A DNA stretch of 37,309 bases, from assembly GCA_910592345.1 (NCBI GenBank), contig CAJVPI010000274.1:1-37309 (forward strand), in the 5' to 3' direction. Below, in pieces: positions 1-9,600 of the stretch (position 1 is the stretch's first letter; the number at the start of each line of letters is the position of its first letter). The DNA comes from Paraglomus brasilianum. Taxonomy: Eukaryota. The notes below the pieces were generated by a model. The model did not search any database. It was given only the letters and a program-made list of their open reading frames with translations, and had not been told where the DNA came from. The position numbers and the translations under genes are program-made.

Positions 1-2813
1 GTGTGAGTTTACTTTGTTTTCAGATGTCATGAAGCAGTTTCGTAGGTTACTGGAACCCTCATTCAATTCATGCTTACCACTATTCACAGGTTGTGAATAG
101 AGCTTAATTGCAAGGGATAGACCATGTTCTTTACCTTCCAATAGCAATGCCCCATCTGGTCGTGTGAGGTTGTTCGGGATCAGTAACTCCCCCCCAGGAG
201 TTTTCTCGAAGAACTCAACATCACCCCATGTACTGTTGTTGTCATATCCAAGTTCTTTTGCTGTACCAAATTTTCTCACATTCAATGTTGTAGTTTTGCA
301 CCATTCTGGAAGATTCTTGATATCCTTGATGAAAGGTAGATCCACAAGAACTTTGCCATTAAAGCGCTGCAAGGATCGATACACCAGCAGTTCAAATGCC
401 TCCCCCTTTGCTACTGAGTTTGTCCCCAGATTGGTAAGCATTGTGTTGAATTGGTCAAGATATGCAAGGACTTCTGGGTCAAATTCTGAAGCTCTTAGCT
501 CCTCCTCAAGCACCTCAATCACTAGTGGCTCTTCTACAGCCCAGTGATAACCATCAGAGTCCTCTCGCAGAGCACACACACCACTGTTCACAAAGTCAAA
601 TTCATCCTGTTGTGTAAAAGCTATCTTGCCACCCTTCAGCTTGTATGCTATAACCATGCGGCTGAGTAGATGCCTGATTACAGCTGCATTGTTAGGCTGT
701 AGCAGTCTTTGTACACTGGTTCTTATATCCTCCTTTGCTTTGCCTATTGCTTTGTCAATTGCTTTGTCAAGCTTTTTTTGCTTACTTGTATTAGAGCATT
801 CTCTGTTGCAGATCTGGGTGGCAACACTAGTTGTAAATCGGAACCGTCCACTGAGCTGTCGCTTCTTTTCAGGTTGGATTTCACAATCTGATATATCAAT
901 TATTTGGCCCAGCAACTCCTCCACATGAGATTCATCACATGAAGGGAAGGATGTAATCTTCTCAAACCGGACATTTGGCTTAGCAATTGCTGAATATACA
1001 TGACTAGCATCCATAAGTGTCAACCTTGTTCCAAGCACCACTAGTGTTGCATGCATGTCACCCAATGCTGAACATAGAGGGGTGAGAAACCCACAGCGAA
1101 GATCCAGACGTATTGTGCCATTGTGGTCAAGGAAGTTTTCATTGTTAGTTATTGCACTTGGTGAGATCAATCTGTCATGTAAACAATCAGTCTCTGCTAT
1201 GTGTGCCTCATCCAATGCAATTACAAGGCCTCGGCCAGTAAGGAATGTTTGCAGATGGCGCTCCACATGTTTAAGCATATTACGGATTGTCTGTGGGTCA
1301 TACATGCGTAGCTCCTCTACCAGATTTCCGATTGTTGCAGATCCACCATTGAGTTGCTCATGAAAGAACACCTCTGGTGTGACTTGAGAATTTTTTCTGA
1401 AAAGCAGCTCCAGGAACAGCTGGCATGCCAAGAATTCCAACTGGACACATTCACTTGCAAGGTTCTTTAGCTGATTGTCATAACTTCTTAGGTCATCCAT
1501 GTATTTCTGTCTATTATTGTCAACTTGAACTGGTTTTGGAAGTCTGGAACACATATTTTCAATGTCCCGTGCAAGGATGCGAAAGTTTCTGTCACTGAAG
1601 TCAGGACTGTAGGTGTTTACAGCCTCACAAACAACATAGATAACAAAGTGCTTCTTTGCCAGTTGAATCACTGTTGCAGTCTTCCCTGAGCCTGACCGAG
1701 CAACCATTGCCACTATGTGATGACTGCTTGTCTCAGTAATGTCACTCTGAATGATTTCAGAGAATGTTCTCTTTTTCCCACCTGTTGTTGGCTGCATATC
1801 AGGTAGCACTTGTCCCAGCATTGGCAGATACAGCCTAGTTGCAGTTGAGCCAGGTGGTAGAAGTTTTTTGTAAAAGCACCCCAGCTTTCCCCTTTGAAAT
1901 TCTTCAACTTCCTCCATTTTTATTGTATGTGGCTGGTGGTTTACACCGTTGATAATTTTTGTTAGTGTTTCCTCAATCTTATCATTTGCCAGGATTATTT
2001 TTCTTGGAGAAACTGGAATTAAAAAAAGAGTGAGCAGTGGAAATGAGAGCAAGAGACCATGGCAGTGAAGAGAGGGGATGGTTCATTGGTGAATGTATGT
2101 AACAACAGACAAAGGATGGATGCATTGGATGCATTTCTTACCAGCTGGGACAGAGACAAGTACTTCACAATCACTACCAAAGCGCTGATGGACTGAGGCC
2201 ATTAATTCTCTTGGGTTTCCAAGCTCAACTGCTTGGTCATCATTATCAGTGCTCTTCTTGGCCTTGAGAATAAGCTGGCTACTGTCATAATCTTTAAGCA
2301 CATTTGGCATCTCCTTTTTGATTGCCTTCTTGAGGCCATCCACATGGCGAACACCCTCCAAAGAAACTTCAGTCAAAGGCGTTTCATCAGGGCTCATGAG
2401 TTTAATCCAGATGTACTGAGCCATCATTTCCATGCTCCATCCTTTGATGTCAGTGATGGAAGGCAATTGCATAGCACTGACAGAGCTTCTGGACACCTAT
2501 AAAGAGGATGGATGGATGTATTTGAAATGGATGTTAGTACTTTGTTTGCAACATAATCAATATTGAAAGGAAAACTTACTTTGACATCTTCCATTTCAGT
2601 ATCAATTGGTTCAGCCTCTTTTCCTTGGCCTTCATCCTTCTGTGTGGAAATAAAAAAATTTGTTAGTAGATGAGAAACAAATTTATGCAAAGAATTATGC
2701 ATTGTGAGGTGGTTCTGGAGTTTCTACAATGCCAAGTAGCAGCTGCTGCAATTGGATGTCCAGAAGAATACCTTTGGAGCTATGGGCTTATTTTTGTTTT
2801 CCTTCGGCGGCAT
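1..2813 (-). CDS. Crinkler (CRN)-like protein: ubiquitin-like header + P-loop NTPase + PD-(D/E)xK-like restriction-endonuclease domain; 3' end lies beyond the window start
   Basis: Manual splicing: exons 2813-2772, 2639-2580, 2496-2142 and 2012-<1; all introns GT-AG and the frame is maintained. 1-2012 is stop-free on the minus strand (checked codon by codon). Header VSLEGVRHVDGLKKAIKKEMPNVLKDYDSSQLILK...EVLVSVP resembles the CRN N-terminus and its HVLVxxP motif. Walker A ARSGSGKT (~1678-1701), Walker B LVIALDEAH (~1201-1227), REase-like KGEAFELLV...TRPDGALLL...LAIKLYS (~95-410). Confidence 0.85.
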
Positions 2814-3068
2814 GTTGAAAAAATGTTCTATACTGGTGACGAAAATCACAGGTGAGAATTCAGTAACAATAAACAAAATATAGAAATATCGCATACATAA
2901 AAATGGATGTAATGGAGAGACTGTTTCTAACAGTATGGTAGCAGGCAGAAAGATAAAGAAGCACGACCATAGTTTTTCGTACACAACACTGGTTTTGGTT
3001 ACACGATTTACGTAACTATTACTATTACATGATTACATGTAAATCGTGGATTTCCTTGACGTGATAGT

Positions 3069-6003
3069 ATGACTGAATCGGCTCCTGATATAACAAAACA
3101 GATAACTGAGATTGTTGTCGTTGGAGATGACGACAAGACTGCAAAGCTAAATACCGACGAATACTGCAGGAAATTGGATATAGGAGGACAAAAGGTGGTC
3201 GTAGTTAAGCATGAAACCGAGATCGTTAGCGGAGGAGTCCATAACTACTGTGTGCAGGGAAGCCCAGAACATGTAGGTAAACCCATTCGAGTAAATAGTA
3301 TATGGTGCATTTATCATGTAAGTACAGCAAACATTTCAAGCTTACATGTAAAACTAAATTGTCTGCAGGTTGCAGCATTAAAAGTAAAAGTAGATGAATT
3401 AAAAGAGTATTCCGCCCGCCTAGAAAGAGAACGCGCAGAAGCCGTAAGCCGCTCAGAGTCCGTAACCGGTGAGCTTGACAGACTGGTTGCCGAACTCAAG
3501 CAACTCGGCCACGCTGATGCAGACTCTGAGCAGACTATCCATGCTACTGTACACACCTTTGGTAGACTTCAAAAATTGGAAATAATTGCCGATGATGAAG
3601 ATAGAGACTATTTGCGTTTGATTAGAAAGCCAAGAGTAAGGCAGTATTGGCATGATGGTGCGTTACATAGAGAGGCAGAAGAGAGATCCATGAGTTATAC
3701 TGAATTGTTTTGGGATTTGATATTTGTCGGTGTGGTCAGGATTATTGGGCATACATTGGTCAGTGATGTTAACAGCGCGTCGTTGAAACATTACTTCCTT
3801 ACATTGTAAGACTGATTACTTATTATTACATGGTATTCATCAATATTTAGCTAATTGCTTTTAACGCTCATTCTCTTCTTGCCCGCCTAGTTACCCACTC
3901 TGGAGACTGTGGACAGATGTACATACTTATTTAAACGTATACTCATCTGATGATCTGGTTCAAAAATTTGTTCTTCTCTGGGAAGGCGCAATTGCAGTCG
4001 GCATGGCAACACACTCTGAGAAAGTCGACGGGAACGTTGGACAATTCTACATAAGTGAGTTGGTAAGAAAGCTTCTTAATCTTTGCGTGCAACTTTATCA
4101 ATATTCACACGCTCCACTTCTACTTTTTGCCAGTCTCTTATATAATCGGCCGCCTAACCTTTGCCACGCTGTACCTTAACTTTGCTCGATTTATTCCGAT
4201 GTTTCGCGTTAGCTTTATCGCCAACGTCTGGGGTATTGTTATTCCGTGCATTTTCTGGGTGATTGCCGCTGTCGTACCTAATAAGGTCACATCAAGCCTG
4301 GTCTGGGCAGCCATTGCATTTGAAGTTTTTTGGAATGGTTTCATACCGATTTATAACCGTTATGGAACCAAGCATCCAGCGAACCATACACATACAGCGG
4401 ATTTCGAGCGAGTTGTTACAATCACTGAAAGCGAGAAGGATGGTACAGTCACTGAAAGCGAGAAGGATGATACAATCACGGACGAAGGAAGAGAAGAGAA
4501 ATTGCAGGGTATCGCATTAACTCCACATTTGTCAATGAGGACAAAAGGGACAGAATATCAATGGAAATGGACCGATTGGTTTTCGCTATTTGAAATAGCC
4601 AAGTATAGGCCAGCTTTAAATATTGAGCATTGGAGTGAGAGGGTGGGTTCATTCGCAGTCATATGCTTGGGAGAAATGGTAAGTTTGCGATTGATGATTA
4701 CTGTACCCAAAGTCGTATACGTGTCATTGCATATGTTATTAATGCTATATCGATCAGCGACCTCGATTCTAACAGTAATACTTTACCGCACCAGGTTATA
4801 AGCATTCTGTACACAAGTTTTAATACAATCCCAGATGGGATATTTGGAAAAGCCGTTCTTGGTTTACTATTTGCTTACAACTTGCACTGGATATACTTTG
4901 ATGTCGATGCGAGCAGACAATATCAACATGCACTTAGAAGACATGTCATTACCGGACTCTGCTTCGGGTTAATCCATTTACCATTGGTTAGTAGTTTGTG
5001 TTCCTGTTATACATGCAAGAGCTGTCGGTTAATGTAATATTCTCTTTTACTAGAATATGGCTTTGATTGCTGCAGGGTAGGCTCAACTTTTATTTGCCGA
5101 AATGACTGTCATATTATTTACTAATATGGTTGTCGTTATTTATTGCTATATATTCCCGTCATATAATAGGGTCGCGCTCTCAGCAATAGTCCAAGCAAGG
5201 GATTTTCCGGGAGCACATAGCATTCCCGATGGGGAATTGACTGATTCATCCTCTGATTTGTCATCTCATCTAAATACCGACTCAGCGCTTGCATATGCTA
5301 CTTCTGATGTCGGAGGGGCTTCTGCTATGCCCAAGGAATTGATATGGCTGTTTTGTGTGTCATCGGGTATTATATTGTATTGCATGGCTGCTATTGGAAT
5401 GCTTCATAAAGGATTAGATACTGTTGATTCTTTGAGGATACCTAAGGTTAATGTCTTGAGATATGTTATGTGAGATGGCACATAGAAACGACAAGTGTTA
5501 CAAAGCAATATGAGTTTAATCAACGCTGCTGTCGTGTGCTTTAAATAGTCTCATAAGCTATTTCGGTACGACTTTTTTGCTAGACACATACTTCTCGCAG
5601 CTCTACTAACGTTACTCCGCTTTTTATCTAGGCTTACCGTATATCTTTGCGACTAATAATCGGCACCATCTATATACTCCTTCCACTTTGCAATCTCAAC
5701 TCACTCGATCTAGTAATAACGGTCTCAGTGTTATCTCTTTTCCTCGTTATCATCGAAACGTATGGCCGCCTGCACAGGAACGAACCTATATTCTTCGATT
5801 GTGATCAAGACATTATCGGCGATAGCGCGACGATGACGAGAGCAAAATATATTAGATGGAGGTGGGGTCCGTTGAAGAAAAATCAGCGTAGATGGTCGAG
5901 GGGTGTGTTGAGACAGAGAAAAGATAAGAAAGATAATGTAGAGGATGTTGTGGAAGATGAGAATTTGAATGGAGATATGACGGTGGTTGGGGACGGACGT
6001 TGA
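3069..6003 (+). CDS. Low temperature requirement A (LtrA)-family polytopic membrane protein, ~737 aa, 8 exons
   Basis: Exons 3069-3272, 3369-3805, 3891-4054, 4134-4678, 4795-4986, 5054-5076, 5170-5446 and 5632-6003 (GT-AG, 2214 nt in frame). LtrA signatures ERSMSYTELFWDLIFV, YLNVYSSDD, EHWSERVGSFAVICLGE and LHWIYFD. Many hydrophobic segments and a coiled-coil-like N-terminal stretch. Intron 1 (96 nt) is in frame, so that boundary is the least certain. Confidence 0.85.
4417..4479 (+). repeat. 27-bp in-frame tandem repeat (~2.3 copies; TITESEKDG/TVTESEKDD/TIT) in an LtrA loop
   Basis: tacaatcactgaaagcgagaaggatgg / tacagtcactgaaagcgagaaggatga / tacaatcac. Confidence 0.85.
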
Positions 6004-6400
6004 GAGCGCAATCAGGTGCGATGTAAACTTATAATTTAATGCGATCTGATAGTGTACACCGCCTTCTGGTCATTCGTATATTATTCACTTTCTAGCTAGC
6101 AATTTGTACATGTAATTAGGTTCTTGTGTTATAAAAAATTAAATAGATTATATAACCTAAATATTTACCAATACTAATATTGTTTTTATTATCTGTTCTG
6201 TATTATTGGTTAAATTTTTTGGAACTAAAGCGTAATTTATCTATCAACGCTTGCTAGAAACTTAATTTTATTGAAACCGATGTATTGTTAGCCTGGCTGG
6301 TTGATTAGCTTATAAGTAGGTTTCTCAGTGTTCTCGCATCGATTGTGTTATTTTCTCAGCAAATTGGTTAAAAGATATTTATTGTATCATAAGTACAGGA

Positions 6401-6487
6401 TAATAACAGTAATAGCAGAAGCTTATAATGTTGATATACAGTATATGATAGTAACAGTAATAGAGAAGCTTATAATATTAATATATA
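6401..6487. repeat. Diverged ~48-bp tandem duplication in the convergent intergenic region
   Basis: taataacagtaatagcagaagcttataatgttgatata is followed by tagtaacagtaatagagaagcttataatattaatata. Confidence 0.7.
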
Positions 6488-6625
6488 CCTTATTTAATAC
6501 TATACTGAGCCTCGTTAAACATGACTAGCTAGTCTGGATATGGATAAATAATGCAAGCCTTCAGGCCGTAAATTTGTAAATATTATAATATATAATATCA
6601 AAAAAAAAAGGACAACTTTATCACA

Positions 6626-9600
6626 TCATCTATTATTTCTGCGCAAACTCCCGAAAATCCTACTTCGCGTCAATATATTTCTATTCTCTTCTATATTTCT
6701 CTTTTCTCTTAACCCCCATTCATTACCAGGGTCAATCTCTAGTAGTTTGTTGAGATCAACCAAAGCATTTTTAGATTGCTTAAGTTTTATATAAGCTTTT
6801 GCTCTCAACCTTAATGCCCAAACGCTGTTTGGCTCTATGCCCAGTGCTTTATTGGCATCGCTTAATGCATTCATGTACTGATTGAGCTTGAGCAAAACTT
6901 TCACTTTTAAAATCAACCCTGATGTGTTATTCGGCTTGACTCTTAATGATTCGTTGGCGTCAATTAATGCATTCTCGTACTGTTTCTGCATTAGAAAGAT
7001 TTCCCCTTTCAATCTCAGTCCCCAAGCATTTTTTGATTCAAATCCCAATGACATGTTGGCATCATTCAATGCATTTTTGTACTGTTTAAGGTTAAGATGA
7101 ATGTATCCTCTTACTCTAAATAATCGCGCTTTCTTACTTGATTCAGTCTGGATACTCAACAATTTGTTAATTTCCTTCAACATATCGCCATGCTGTTTAA
7201 GCGCAAAGAAGATATCTGCTTTTATTATCAACGTTGGTGTCGAGTTCGGTTCGATTGTGAGCGACCTGTTGATGTCATTTAATGCGTCTGCATATTGTGC
7301 AAGCTCATAATAGACTTTTCCTCTTACGCGTAGTGCCCATGCACTATCTGGCTCCTTCTCCAATGATCTGCTGAGATCATTGATTGCTTCATTGTATTGT
7401 CTATTCTTGAGATAGACTCCTCCTCTTAGTCTTAATGCCCATGCATCGCCTGGTTCGATTCTCAATGATTTTTTAACATCCTTTAACGCCTTCTCATATT
7501 TTTTGCATTTGAGATTGAGTTCACTTCTTACTCTAAATGTCCATGCATTATCTGCTTCAATCTCCAGTGCTTTGCTGACATCGTCCATCGCCTGGTCATA
7601 TTTTTTAAGCCCAAGATATACATTTCCTCTTATCGTCAATGCCCATGCATCGTTTGGCTCTATATTCAACGAGTAATTAGCATCATTTAATGCATCATTA
7701 TACTGCTTTCGCATGAGGTAGACTTCTGCTCGCACCTTCAGCGTTTGTATATTATCTGGTTCGATTTTCAATGATCGTTCAATGTTATCTAATGCATCTT
7801 TATATTTATTAAGCTTGAAATAGATTTGTCCTTTGACTCTCAAAGTCCATACATTATTCGGTTCAATTTCTAGTGATTGATTAGTGTCTTTCAGTGCATC
7901 GTCGTATTTTTTAAGCATGAGATAAACGTTTCCTCTTATTCTCAATGACCACGCATCATTAGGTTCACTCTTCAGCGATTGATCCACATCGATTAATGCT
8001 TTTTCATAATCTTTCTGTAAGAGATAAGCATTTCCTCTCACTCTCAACGACCATGCATCATTCGGTATAAGTTCTAATAGTCTATTGGTATCACTCAGTG
8101 CATCATTGTACTGTTTGAGCATGAGATGGACTGCTCCCCTCACTCGTAGCGCCCAGATGTCATCTTTTTCAATCTTCAAAGATTTACTGATATCGTCCAA
8201 TGCTTTTTTATACTGTTTACGCATAAAGTGGATATTTCCTCTTATTCTCAATGCCCATGCATTTAGATTGATATTTAGTGATTTATTGGTATCATCTAAT
8301 GCGACAGAATACTCCTTTCGCATGAGGTAAACTTCTGCTCTTACGTTCAACGCTTGGCTATTGTCCGGTTCCATTCTCAATGATTTATTGACGTTAATAA
8401 TTGCCTCGTCACGATGCCCAAGCCTGAGGTGAATATGTCCTTTTATCCTCAAGGCCCACGCATCTTCTGGTTCAACTGCCAATGAGTCATTGATATCATT
8501 CAATGCATCGTCATATAATTTGAGCATAAGATAAACATTCCCTCTTATTCGCAACGACCATCCATTGCCCGGCTCGAGAACCAGTGATTTATTGATATCG
8601 TCCAATGCCAAGTCATATAGATCCCTCACCAAATAAACATTTGCTTTTATTCTCCACGACAATGCATCGTTTTCTTTAGCATTTAGTGAATTCACAGCAT
8701 CGGCAAATGCATTGTCATACTGCTTGAGCATGAAATAAATATTTGCCCTCACTTTTAATACTACTTTATTGTTTTTATCGAGGTTCAGTGACTTATTGGC
8801 ATCATTTAACGCGTTTTGATATTGTTTGAGTTTGAGATAGACACCGCTTCTTATCCTCAGTGCAAACGCGTTTTGCGGTTTAATTTCTAATGATTGGTTA
8901 ATATCTTCTAATGCAGTATTATATTGTCCAAGTCGGAGAAGGGCTTTTCCTCTTATTGTCAATGCCAATGCATTTTTATGTTCAATCTCCAAGGACTTAG
9001 TTGCATCTGCTAATGCATCTCTATACTTCTTCATTTTGAGATAAACATTACCTCGCGTTCGTAAGGACGATGCATCGTTCGGTTCGATTCCCAATGATTC
9101 ATTGACGTTCATTAATGCTTGATTATACTCTTTTTGTCTAAAATAGATATCTCCTTTGACCCTTAATGTCCAAGCATTATTTGGTTCAATATTGAGTGAT
9201 CTGTTAATATCATTCAATGCACTGTCAAACTCATTGAGGCCATTATAGACTTCTCCTCTGGCTGTCAAGTTGTATACACTATTCGGCCTCATATTTAACG
9301 CCCTATTAAGATCATTTAATGCATTGTGATGTTGTTCGAGTTTGTTATAGACGCGTCCTCTTCTGCTCAATACCCATGCATTATCCGGGTTTAGTTTGTT
9401 AAGATCCTTTAATGCATCGTCATACTTTTCAAGGTTAAAGTAAACACAGCTCCTTATCCTCAACGCCTTTGGGTTATCTTGTTCAATTTCCAACGATTTA
9501 CTGACGCTATCTAACGCGGCAATATTTAGCTTAAGCTTGAGATAGATATTCCCTTTTACTCTTAACGTCCATGCATCATCAGGTTCAATGGTCAGTGATT

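Noticed and set aside
164..1363. Plus-strand ORFs 164-547, 626-928, 709-891 and 1055-1363
   Set aside because: Antisense shadows of the Crinkler exon with no recognisable motifs.
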